Virus record (IMG/VR): IMGVR_UViG_3300027861_000011
Coordinates: 32,001-96,000 of that record
Origin: a virus
DNA length: 64,000 nt
Strand: one strand, 5' to 3'
Positions 1 to 9,145 of the stretch are shown here, in pieces. The notes below the pieces were generated by a model. That model was not told where the DNA came from. It saw only the letters and a list, made by a program, of their open reading frames with translations, and made no database searches. Position 1 is the stretch's first letter. Each line of letters starts with the position of its first letter. A program made the position numbers and the translations under genes.

Positions 1-776
1 TCAGCAGCTTTATAAGCCAAATCCATAGCAGCAAATGCAGCATCAGCATCAGCTTCGTTTTGGTTAACGTCAACTTGTAAAGCAGCAGTAGCAGCATCAG
101 CAACAACTTTTGCAGCAACTATTGCAGCGTCAGCAGCATCTTTTGCAGCAGCAATTTCACCATCAGAAGTAGCTTTTGCAGCAACTATTGCAGCGTCAGC
201 AGCATCTTTTGCAGCAGCAATTTCACCATCAGAAGTAGCTTTTGCAGCAACTATTGCAGCGTCAGCAGCAGCTTTTGCAGCAACTATTGCAGCGTCAGCA
301 GCAGCTTTATCAGAAGCATGTAAAGCTTCTAAAGCATCTGTGTATACCTTAGCAGAAGCTAAAGTCGCAGCATCTCCAGAAATTCTAGCTTCAATTTCAG
401 CACCTAATTCAGAAGTGTGAGTTCCTAATGCAGCAGTAATAGCAGCAGAAAGGTCACCATCAGCAGCTTGAAATGCTCCAACAACTTCAGTTAAAGAATC
501 CAAGGCAGATGGGTCAACATTAGAAATGATATCAGCGATTTGGTTACTCAATTCTAATTCAGCAGCTCTTGCAGCAGCAGCTTCAGTAGATATAGCCTCA
601 GCGTTTACCGCTTCAGCAGCTCCAGCTCTTTTTGACTCAGCATCTAAATTATCAGTTAATAAGGTTAGGTCACCTTCTAATCCAGGTAAATCACTTTTCT
701 CTATACCTATCGGTTCGTTGATAATTGCATTATCTAATCGTTTTAACGATTGTTTATTTAAATCTATTTTAGACAT
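1..776 (-). CDS. Ala-rich coiled-coil fibre-like protein, 3' end runs off the window (absent from ORF track)
   Basis: CAT at 774-776; frame open to base 1: MSKIDLNKQSLKRLDNAIINEP...VDPSALDSLTEVVGAFQAADGDL...AAKDAADAAIVAAKATSDGEIA...; A-rich leader upstream. Confidence 0.85.
   Translation of the reverse strand, partial: MSKIDLNKQSLKRLDNAIINEPIGIEKSDLPGLEGDLTLLTDNLDAESKRAGAAEAVNAEAISTEAAAARAAELELSNQIADIISNVDPSALDSLTEVVGAFQAADGDLSAAITAALGTHTSELGAEIEARISGDAATLASAKVYTDALEALHASDKAAADAAIVAAKAAADAAIVAAKATSDGEIAAAKDAADAAIVAAKATSDGEIAAAKDAADAAIVAAKVVADAATAALQVDVNQNEADADAAFAAMDLAYKAA
108..308 (-). repeat. 33/66-nt coding tandem repeat (11-residue units)
   Basis: GCAGCAACTATTGCAGCGTCAGCAGC starts at 112, 178, 244 and 277. 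Confidence 0.9.
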
Positions 777-1057
777 AATTTTTGTTTTTTATTTTATTTT
801 ATTATTATTATTATTATTATAACGTGTTCGTTTACACAAGAAAATTAATTTTCTTTTGGGGATGAATAAAAATATGAATATGAATTTTAGATTAACCTGG
901 AATATGATGTGAGGAGATTCCTCTATATTCCACTTGATAGTAATTTAAATAAGATGTAAATTTTAATATAAATAAGAATACACATTGTGCATTCACGTAT
1001 TATAAATATGTGTTAATTTTTAAAAAGACTATTTTTTTTTTAATTAAAATTAAAAAC

Positions 1058-1291
1058 TTAAATATTGTAAATTAGATTTTTTAAGTTTTTGATTGCATTC
1101 GTGTATGATAAAGGGGTGCAGCTACCTTCTTCTGTTAGATATAGATTAACTAAATCTAATAGTTCGTCATTAGATTTAAATGAAAAATTAGTTTTACCCT
1201 TAACTTTTTCAGCCTTTAGTTTTTGATTGTTTAGCTTTAAAAAAGCGGCTAGGTATAAATCTGTTGTTTTGTAGTTTTTAGTTTCTTTCAT
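1058..1291 (-). CDS. DUF5659-like small protein
   Basis: YKTTDLYLAAFLKL...NFSF...YTNAIKNLKNLIY pattern; TATTTATA 20 nt upstream. Confidence 0.65.
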   Translation of the reverse strand: MKETKNYKTTDLYLAAFLKLNNQKLKAEKVKGKTNFSFKSNDELLDLVNLYLTEEGSCTPLSYTNAIKNLKNLIYNI

Positions 1292-1339
1292 GGTTATGTT
1301 TAGTTCCTACATATAAATATAATAAAATAGATTAAAGAT

Positions 1340-1900
1340 TTATTTTTTATTTATTTTATTAACATATAATTGTATTATTTTATCTTTATCCTCATCCGAT
1401 TTAGTGTGGACCCATAACCATAAATAAGACTTTTCAAAGTCAATGAATTTTTGTTTTTCCATATTTAATAACAACCTTAATGTGCTAACATGTTCTTCCT
1501 TAAGGTTAACCTCAACATTTAATTCATTACCTATTACAGATAAACCAATTAAATCATTTGTATCATAAGCTAATTTAGCTGAATTATATAACCCCAAAAA
1601 CTCATCTGTCTTTATTGAATCAGGGTGGGTTTTTTTCATCACATCTCTAAAAATCTTTTTCATTAATTTTTTAGTTTCTGGTGTTAATTCTTCGTCAGCT
1701 ATTTTTTTAATAACTTTAATATCTTTATTTATTGGTTTTACCTCACTATCCACGTCTGGTTGTTTAACACCACAATTCACCTCTTCAATAAATTTTGATG
1801 TGTATTTATCTATAACCTCTTTTTTATATTCTTCATCTAACTTAAGTAAGTCATATTCCTTAAGTAATTTTTGTATTTCTAATTTCTTTAAAGTGTCCAT
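1340..1900 (-). CDS. J-domain (DnaJ-like) protein
   Basis: KKIFRDVMKKTHPD...YNSAKLAY: HPD motif between predicted helices. Confidence 0.6.
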   Translation of the reverse strand: MDTLKKLEIQKLLKEYDLLKLDEEYKKEVIDKYTSKFIEEVNCGVKQPDVDSEVKPINKDIKVIKKIADEELTPETKKLMKKIFRDVMKKTHPDSIKTDEFLGLYNSAKLAYDTNDLIGLSVIGNELNVEVNLKEEHVSTLRLLLNMEKQKFIDFEKSYLWLWVHTKSDEDKDKIIQLYVNKINKK

Positions 1901-2296
1901 ATTCTATAAATATTACAATTAAGACTATATAAGTTAGTTTTTAGAAATAATTGTGATAATGACTTTGAAAAATATTATATGTGTTGGGTGTAGGCTATTA
2001 TATATTGATACTTAATTAATGTGGAACCTTACTTATATTATAGAATTAGTTAAAATACTATAGTAATAATTTTAACTTATAAGTTAAAATTACATATTTA
2101 TATAATAAACATTTACTGTAGTAAATTTAAACATGTTGTAATTAACTTAAGATAGTTTTTATGTTTCGGTAAAATTAAAAAATTATACTAGTAGTAAGGT
2201 AATAGAAAATGTAATAAATAATTACACAATAAAAGATGTTGTGTTGGTGTTTCAACTGGAACATATAAGATAATAATAAGATAAAGATATAAAATA

Positions 2297-5200
2297 ATGG
2301 CTAATAATAAATTAATACTTAGAACCCTTAATAGTCCATGGGTTTATCCTACAACAGATATAACTAAAAATTCAGTTTTAACTCATTCCGATGTAGATAA
2401 TAACTTCATTTATCTTAAGGGTGAAGTAGTGTATACTGCTCAAACTTCTGGTACAGATTTAATACTTAATAAGGTTAATAATTCCAATATGGTAGTTGAC
2501 TTAAGTAGTGTTGGTGCATTCACACATGTATCCGCTGGAACTATCACGCCAACAAACGCTTATGGTAATACAAATCCATCTAATTACTCATCAATACTTG
2601 GTGGGTCTGGTAATACTATGAACGTAACAGGTTATTATGGGGGTGTAATGACATCAATGGTTATTGGTGGTGGTAAAGGAAATACTAATGGTAGTATATA
2701 TTCAAATATTGGTGGTGGTTCAAATAACAATATTGGTGTTGGGATGAATTATGTTTATGGTAATTATACTTATATATACGGTAATTGTGTTATCGGTGGT
2801 GGTTCAAATAATAATATAGATGACCTTGCTATAAATTCTGTAATAGGTGGTGGAGGAAATAACAATATTTCGTTCTTGGGGTCCTATTCTGTAATAGGTG
2901 GTGGTATAAATAATAATATTACTAGTGCTTCTAGTAGTTCATCAATCCTTGGTGGTGAAAATAATAATAATAATCATAAAAATTCACATATAATAGGTTC
3001 TGATATTACATCTGTAAGTACTGATACAACTCACGTTGAAAAGCTTAATATTAAAACGCTTAATGGAACAACAGCAGTTACAGCATTAGGACTTGATGTA
3101 AACGGAATGGTTGTGGATGGGTCTACTTTAGGTGGTGGAGCTGCATTCACACATGTTTCAAGTGGTATAATTACACCAACAAACGCTTATGGTAATGTAA
3201 ATTATTCTGACTACTCATCAATCCTTGGTGGGTATGGTAATTCTATTAGTGGTAGTGGTAACAATAATGGTTCTGTAATTAGTGGTGGTTTTTTAAATAC
3301 TATCTCTTTATTAGGTGGGAATGCTATTATAGGTGGCGGTGTATATAATACAATTAATTCAAGTGGTTCTATAATTGCTGGTGGTCAAAATAACGAAATA
3401 AAAACAAATTCAAGTTTTGTATCAAATATTAGTGGTGGTAAATTCAATTTGATTTATAGTTCTGGAAGTGTTATTGGTGGTGGTGGAAATAATGTTATTG
3501 GGACAAGTTGTTCTTATTCAACAATAGCTGGTGGTTCAAATAATAATATTACTGGTGGTAATAAATGTGTTATAGTTGGTGGTTCAAATAATAATACAAT
3601 TAATTCTTTACAATCTTTTGTCGGTGGTGGTATAAATAATACAGTTAGTGGTTCTTCTTCTTCAATAATAGTTGGTGGTGAAAATAATACTATAGAACCC
3701 CTTTCTTTCAAATCTATAATAGGTGGTGGTGAATTAAATGTTATTACTAGTGCTAGAAAATCTTTTATTGGTGCTGGTGAAAATAATAGTATTAGTGGTG
3801 GTGGTAGTGATGTTTCTCACGTAATTGTTGGTGGTTATGAGAATAAAATTTTATCTTCATCACCTTTCAGTAAAGAAAATAATATTATTGGTGGTAGATT
3901 AAATTTGATTGAAGGTGTTTCTTCTTCTTCAACAATAGTTGGTGGTTCAAATAATAATATTACTGGTGGTACAAGTTCTATCATAGGTGGTGGTCAAACA
4001 AATATAATTAATAGTAGTTTCTCAACAGTTGGTGGTGGGCGTGATAATGTTATTGATGCGTATCATGGATTCATCGGTGGTGGTGATGATAATCATATTG
4101 TTGATGGTGTAAAATCTATTATCGGTGGTGGTGAAAGAAATGAGATTCACGAACCTCACTCATTTATCGGTGGTGGATTATATAATAGAATTCAAACCTC
4201 TAATAGTGGTAATAATAATAGTATCGTTGGTGGCACTGCTAATATTGTTAGTGGTACCTTCTCAACAGTAGGTGGTGGTAAACAAAATAATATAGTAACT
4301 GGATGGTATAATACTATCGCTGGTGGGTTTAATAACACAACTAATCTTGGTGGTAAAAATATCATTGGTGGTGGTGAAAATAATAGTATTAATTATTATT
4401 ATTCATCAATCCTTGGTGGTAAAGATAATACCGTTAGTAGTAGCTATTCAATAATAGGTGGTGGTTATAATAATACTATTACTGGTACTACTGGTACTTC
4501 ATTATACATTACTCATAACTTTATTGGTGGTGGTAGTGATAACATTATAAGTGGTGTTAATTACTCTACTATTGGTGGTGGTTATAATAATGCAAATAAT
4601 GGGCCATATAGTGTTATCGGTGGTGGGCAAAATAATACAATTAATTATTATGGTAGTTACTCATCAATCCTTGGTAGTGATAATACTATAAATCATTCAA
4701 GTTCACATATAATAGGTTCTGAGATTACATCTGTAAGTGCTAATACAACTCACGTTGAAAAGCTTAATATTAAAACGCTTAATGGAACAGCGTTTAATGT
4801 TGGTTTAGGTTTGGATGTTAATGGAATGGTTGTTAGCGGTTCTACTGGTGGTGGTGGTCTTACCATTGACCCTTATTATGATGAGGGTAACGTTAATTCC
4901 GTTACTTGGGATGTGTCAGGTACCTCAACAAATTATGAAGCAACACTTACAGGTGTCACAACACTTAATATATCTAATGTAAGAAATGGTGATTATGGTA
5001 CAATAATAGTATCACAAGATGGGGTTGGTTCACGCACATTGTCTTTTGGGACTGTTAATGGTGGTGGTGGTTTACATAAAGTTATAAATGGTGGAGGTGG
5101 TGTACCGACACTAACAACAAACGCAAACGCAATAGATATACTTTCATTTACGTATAATGGTGTTACGATGTATTGGACAGTAGGTAATGATTATACTTAA
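2297..5200 (+). CDS. Gly/Asn-rich beta-repeat tail fibre or appendage protein
   Basis: Dozens of S-I-(I/G)-GG-x-x-N-x-I units; two duplicated modules (FTHVSxGxITPTNAYGN; SHIIGSxITSVSxxTTHVEKLNIKTLNGT); C-terminal fibre-tip-like domain. Confidence 0.75.
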   Translation: MANNKLILRTLNSPWVYPTTDITKNSVLTHSDVDNNFIYLKGEVVYTAQTSGTDLILNKVNNSNMVVDLSSVGAFTHVSAGTITPTNAYGNTNPSNYSSILGGSGNTMNVTGYYGGVMTSMVIGGGKGNTNGSIYSNIGGGSNNNIGVGMNYVYGNYTYIYGNCVIGGGSNNNIDDLAINSVIGGGGNNNISFLGSYSVIGGGINNNITSASSSSSILGGENNNNNHKNSHIIGSDITSVSTDTTHVEKLNIKTLNGTTAVTALGLDVNGMVVDGSTLGGGAAFTHVSSGIITPTNAYGNVNYSDYSSILGGYGNSISGSGNNNGSVISGGFLNTISLLGGNAIIGGGVYNTINSSGSIIAGGQNNEIKTNSSFVSNISGGKFNLIYSSGSVIGGGGNNVIGTSCSYSTIAGGSNNNITGGNKCVIVGGSNNNTINSLQSFVGGGINNTVSGSSSSIIVGGENNTIEPLSFKSIIGGGELNVITSARKSFIGAGENNSISGGGSDVSHVIVGGYENKILSSSPFSKENNIIGGRLNLIEGVSSSSTIVGGSNNNITGGTSSIIGGGQTNIINSSFSTVGGGRDNVIDAYHGFIGGGDDNHIVDGVKSIIGGGERNEIHEPHSFIGGGLYNRIQTSNSGNNNSIVGGTANIVSGTFSTVGGGKQNNIVTGWYNTIAGGFNNTTNLGGKNIIGGGENNSINYYYSSILGGKDNTVSSSYSIIGGGYNNTITGTTGTSLYITHNFIGGGSDNIISGVNYSTIGGGYNNANNGPYSVIGGGQNNTINYYGSYSSILGSDNTINHSSSHIIGSEITSVSANTTHVEKLNIKTLNGTAFNVGLGLDVNGMVVSGSTGGGGLTIDPYYDEGNVNSVTWDVSGTSTNYEATLTGVTTLNISNVRNGDYGTIIVSQDGVGSRTLSFGTVNGGGGLHKVINGGGGVPTLTTNANAIDILSFTYNGVTMYWTVGNDYT

Positions 5201-5211
5201 AATTAGTAATT

Positions 5212-7398
5212 ATGAGTAGAGGACAATTTAGGTCAAGAAATAGGGTAGGGGAAACAATGTCGTTCCAAACTAATTCTAGTAGTACATTAAACCCAACGGT
5301 ATTTTTTTTACCTGGTCTTTCTGATAGGGTTTCTTGGGATTTAGGTGAAGGTGGTGAAGGTGGTAGATATGTTGCGGATAATAGTTTATCTTATACCTAT
5401 CCAGATGGTACAACAAAAACCGTTGTATTACGAACAAATAAATTAAGTAATTTGAACTATTTCTCATCAGTTAGTGATAATTTAGTTGGTAATTTAGATA
5501 TGTCTGGATGGGATAATTTAGGTTATTTTAGGGTTACTTATAGCCCATTATTAACTAGTATTACCCATACCACATCAACAGGGGGTAATTATCAAGCTAA
5601 TAATTGTGGTTTAACAGGAAATCATGATGTATCAATGTTATCTGGATTAGGTGGTCTTTTTTATATTAACAATAATTCATCATTAACTAGTATTACTCAT
5701 GGGGCATCAACACAGACATTTGGTAATTATCGAGCTCAGAGTTGTAATTTAACAGGGAACCATGATATGTCAATGGTAACTGGATTAAGTGGGACTTTTT
5801 ATGTTTATTCAAATTCATCATTAACTAGTATTACCCATGGGGCATCAACACAGACACTTAATAATTATAGAGCTAGTTCTTGTAATTTAACAGGGAACCA
5901 TGATATGTCCATGTTACCTGGATTAAGTGGGACTTTTCTTATTGGTGATAACCGAAATTTAACCAGTATTACCCATGCAGCAATAAGTGTATTAGGAATA
6001 CCTACTGGAGCTTTTGGAACACCAATACCAGGACCACCACCACCATCACCACCAACACCATCATTACCACCATGGTCTAGCACGGGAACAACAGATGGAA
6101 CTTCAGTCAGTGGTCTTACGATGACTGGTTTAATAAGCAGTGCTACTGCTGATGTGAGTGTGTGGATTTTATTTGGTATAATTACAGTAACTGTGGACTC
6201 AGTAAATTCTCAAACCTTTGTTGTAGGTGAAACAGTAACAATTCCCTCATATGATTGCGGAGGTTGTGGTGATTCTGAATGGACAGAACCACTCACATAT
6301 GTTCTTGTGGATGCTGATTTTAGTTGGGTTGTCGATACAATACCAGTGTTTAATAATTATAAAGCTAATAATTGTAATTTAACAGGGAACCATGATATGT
6401 CCATGTTATCTGGATTAGGTGGTCTTTTTTATATTAACAATAATTCATCATTAACCAGTATTACCCATACAGCATCAACAGAAGTGTTTAGTGAATATAT
6501 CGCCAATAATTGTGATTTAACAGGAAATCATGATATGTCAATGTTACCTGGTTTAGGTGGGAAGTTTTACATTTATTCTAACCCGTTATTAACTGGTATT
6601 ACCCATACAACATCAACAGAAGTGTTTAGTGAATATTACGCTCATTCTTGTAATTTAACAGGTAATCATGATATTTCCATGTTACCTGGATTAAGTGGGA
6701 GGTTTAGAATACACAGTAATCCATTATTAACTAGTATTACCCATGGGGCATCAACAGAAGTGTTTATTGAATATCAAGCTCAGAGTTGTAATTTAATAGG
6801 AAATCATGATGTATCAATGTTATCTGGATTAGGTGGTTCTTTTTATGTTTATTCTAACCCGTTATTAACTGGTATTACCCATACAACATCAACAGAAGTG
6901 TTTACTGGATATCAAGCTTATGATTGTGATTTAACAGGAAATCATGATATGTCCATGTTACTTGGATTAAGGAACTGGGTACAGCTATACGGTAATTCAG
7001 CATTAACGGGGATAACGTTCCCACTTAGTTTACAAACATTTAGAAATCATTCGGTGGGAGGTAGTATATACAGGGATTACGCATTTAGTTTAAGTGATTG
7101 TGATATGGGTTATTCTAGTTTTTTACCATTATCTGGTGCAACATTAGATGTTAATTATTTTCAAGGGGCGTATATTGATTTAAGTGGTAATAATATGTTA
7201 GCATCAGAAGTTAACCATTATTTATTTGATTTTAATAATTTATCAACAAACCTAAACCCAACTGGGTGGTCTGGTGTTACATTATTTATTGATGGAACTA
7301 ACGCAGCACCAGACTCATTTAGTGGTGGGTATGATGGTATTGCCGCTTTAAGTAGTTTAACGGGTGGGACAAATAATTGGATAATAACAACAAGTTAA
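5212..7398 (+). CDS. LRR-like 46-aa repeat protein with a central Pro-rich insertion
   Basis: CxLTGNHDMSMLxGLxGxFYIxxNxxLTSITH repeats. Confidence 0.75.
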   Translation: MSRGQFRSRNRVGETMSFQTNSSSTLNPTVFFLPGLSDRVSWDLGEGGEGGRYVADNSLSYTYPDGTTKTVVLRTNKLSNLNYFSSVSDNLVGNLDMSGWDNLGYFRVTYSPLLTSITHTTSTGGNYQANNCGLTGNHDVSMLSGLGGLFYINNNSSLTSITHGASTQTFGNYRAQSCNLTGNHDMSMVTGLSGTFYVYSNSSLTSITHGASTQTLNNYRASSCNLTGNHDMSMLPGLSGTFLIGDNRNLTSITHAAISVLGIPTGAFGTPIPGPPPPSPPTPSLPPWSSTGTTDGTSVSGLTMTGLISSATADVSVWILFGIITVTVDSVNSQTFVVGETVTIPSYDCGGCGDSEWTEPLTYVLVDADFSWVVDTIPVFNNYKANNCNLTGNHDMSMLSGLGGLFYINNNSSLTSITHTASTEVFSEYIANNCDLTGNHDMSMLPGLGGKFYIYSNPLLTGITHTTSTEVFSEYYAHSCNLTGNHDISMLPGLSGRFRIHSNPLLTSITHGASTEVFIEYQAQSCNLIGNHDVSMLSGLGGSFYVYSNPLLTGITHTTSTEVFTGYQAYDCDLTGNHDMSMLLGLRNWVQLYGNSALTGITFPLSLQTFRNHSVGGSIYRDYAFSLSDCDMGYSSFLPLSGATLDVNYFQGAYIDLSGNNMLASEVNHYLFDFNNLSTNLNPTGWSGVTLFIDGTNAAPDSFSGGYDGIAALSSLTGGTNNWIITTS
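5611..7050 (+). repeat. 138-nt coding tandem repeat, 8 units
   Basis: Unit starts (TTAAcAGG..A.CATGAT) at 5611, 5749, 5887, 6379, 6517, 6655, 6793, 6931. Confidence 0.9.
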
Positions 7399-7462
7399 TA
7401 TATATAACATTATCAATATTATGTATATTTATATAATAAATAATAAATAAAAAAATAATAAT

Positions 7463-7684
7463 ATGAAAATTTTATTTAAATACAGGGCAGAAGGTGGTAG
7501 GGTTATCACAACAAATAACGGTGATGAAAAAATAATGGTAATAAGAACAGGTCCAAGAGGTATTGTTGCTAGAGTTTATGAGAGTCGTCTGATAGTTATT
7601 TGGAGTAAAGAAGATGCTGATAGCCATATCGATGATTCAGAAGATGATTTGATTCAAAAAATAATTGAAGTGTTAAACGTTTAA
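7463..7684 (+). CDS. hypothetical protein (possible fibre partner or chaperone)
   Basis: 73 aa; TATTTATA at 7426-7433; directly follows a fibre-like gene. Confidence 0.6.
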   Translation: MKILFKYRAEGGRVITTNNGDEKIMVIRTGPRGIVARVYESRLIVIWSKEDADSHIDDSEDDLIQKIIEVLNV

Positions 7685-7721
7685 TACTTTATATTTTGGT
7701 TTAAAGAGTTATATTTAATAC

Positions 7722-8537
7722 ATGAAAAAAATTAATTTAATAGCTGGAATGCCACGTAGTGGTTCAACATTGTTGTGTAATTTACTTAACATGAATCCAA
7801 AGTTTCACGCAACACCAACGTCCCCAGTAATAGATGTATTACAGAATATTAGAAGTAGTTACTCACATAACATTACTTTTAAGACTCAAGATAGACTCGA
7901 ATTATTTGAGAATATGAGTAAGGGACTTAAAGGATTTATGGATGGTTATTACTTTGATAAAGATATAATCTTCGATAAGAGTAGAGGTTGGGCTAATAAT
8001 CTACCATTACTTGATACTATATTGGAACACACAGATACCAAGATAATATGGACTTATAGAGACCCAGTTGAGGTTGTTAGTAGTATTGAGAAACATTATC
8101 AGAAAACAATTCTCTTAGAAAATTCTGATGAAAATGGTGGTGGAAATTTCTCAACACTTGGTAGTAGAGTGGATAACTTCATTAATGATGGTGGAATTAT
8201 TGCTAGACCAGTATGGCTTTTAAATGATGCTTTTGAAATGGGTTATTCTAATAGAATACTTATTGTACCTTATAATCAATTGACTATTAACACACAAGAG
8301 GTTATGGATAAAATACATGATTTTGTGGGGGAAGAAAGATATCAATACGATAAGAATAATTTTAGTGATTTAAAACAAACTACTAAAGAATTTGATGGGC
8401 TTTATAATTTTAAATTTCCACACTCTATTAAAGAGGGTGAAGTTAAATATGTAAAACATAATATTAATTTACCAGAACATATTATAGAAAAGATTAATCA
8501 TAGGTTCACTTGGATTAACGATTTACTAAAAAGATGA
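7722..8537 (+). CDS. sulfotransferase family protein
   Basis: GMPRSGSTLL 5'-PSB loop, DKSRGW, RDPVEVVSS 3'-PB motif, YxQL...MDKIHDFVG. Confidence 0.85.
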   Translation: MKKINLIAGMPRSGSTLLCNLLNMNPKFHATPTSPVIDVLQNIRSSYSHNITFKTQDRLELFENMSKGLKGFMDGYYFDKDIIFDKSRGWANNLPLLDTILEHTDTKIIWTYRDPVEVVSSIEKHYQKTILLENSDENGGGNFSTLGSRVDNFINDGGIIARPVWLLNDAFEMGYSNRILIVPYNQLTINTQEVMDKIHDFVGEERYQYDKNNFSDLKQTTKEFDGLYNFKFPHSIKEGEVKYVKHNINLPEHIIEKINHRFTWINDLLKR

Positions 8538-8558
8538 TATTTATTAATAAATAGACTT

Positions 8559-8933
8559 ATGGATTTCAGCATTAATAAAGGTTCAACTTTACCCATTTTA
8601 AAAATGGAGCTAATAAAAGATGGTAGATATACTTATCATGAATTTAATAATATGTTACAGAATAGTAAGGTCTATTTTAGTATGGCTAATATCACCACTG
8701 GAGTTAAGAAGATTGGTAAAAAGTCAGCTATTTGTATTCTTAAGGATGAATATGATGGGTGTAAAGATGAAGAATATTATATAGCTTATCAATTCACATC
8801 TAAAGACACCGCAAAGCCTGGTAGTTACGTTGGTAACTTCACAATTGAATTTCAAGATGGTTCTGGAACACTTGTGGTTCCAATTAGAGAAGAATTATAT
8901 ATTCACGTTCTGGATGGTTCAATAAAAAAATAA
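8559..8933 (+). CDS. BppU-N-like / Ig-fold structural protein
   Basis: FSINKGSTLPILKMEL...YQFTSKDTAKPGSYVGNFTIEF...GTLVVP; TATTTATT at 8538. Confidence 0.5.
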   Translation: MDFSINKGSTLPILKMELIKDGRYTYHEFNNMLQNSKVYFSMANITTGVKKIGKKSAICILKDEYDGCKDEEYYIAYQFTSKDTAKPGSYVGNFTIEFQDGSGTLVVPIREELYIHVLDGSIKK

Positions 8934-9020
8934 TTGTATTTTTATACGTCATTATATGTAATAAAATTACTAAATATGGGTGACAATTAGAATATAAATT
9001 AAATTAAATGAGAATAAAAG

Positions 9021-9051
9021 TTGCATCTTTAATTTTAAAATGGTATTTTTG
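9021..9051 (+). promoter_or_regulatory. Bacteroidota-type housekeeping promoter upstream of polB
   Basis: TTG(9021)-N20-TATTTTTG(9044-9051). Confidence 0.6.
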
Positions 9052-9075
9052 TTAAGCAATTTGCAAATTGCTTAA
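9052..9075. promoter_or_regulatory. perfect 24-bp palindrome, candidate operator
   Basis: TTAAGCAATTTG-CAAATTGCTTAA abutting the -7 element. Confidence 0.55.
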
Positions 9076-9145
9076 AACACCTATTTTCACCTTACCCCTT
9101 GATTTATAACTTTATTAACAATACTTTTACTAAAAATGTAATAAC

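Noticed and set aside
526-822. Track ORF on + (98 aa) and similar short antisense or alternate-frame ORFs (e.g. 3514, 5865, 11608, 18180, 36576, 41895, 55682, 62855)
   Set aside because: They are shadows of long real genes with unnatural composition and no promoter or leader
1901-2296. tRNA or hidden gene in the 400-nt divergent gap
   Set aside because: Almost pure AT, only ORFs of about 20 codons, no cloverleaf; the gap is explained by divergent promoters
5983-6345. Intein or intron as the LRR insert
   Set aside because: No N-terminal Cys/Ser with C-terminal His-Asn, no internal stops, and no group I/II core visible
108-7050. CRISPR-like periodicity of the 33/66-nt and 138-nt repeats
   Set aside because: Both are in-frame coding repeats without unique spacers, and no cas genes are present
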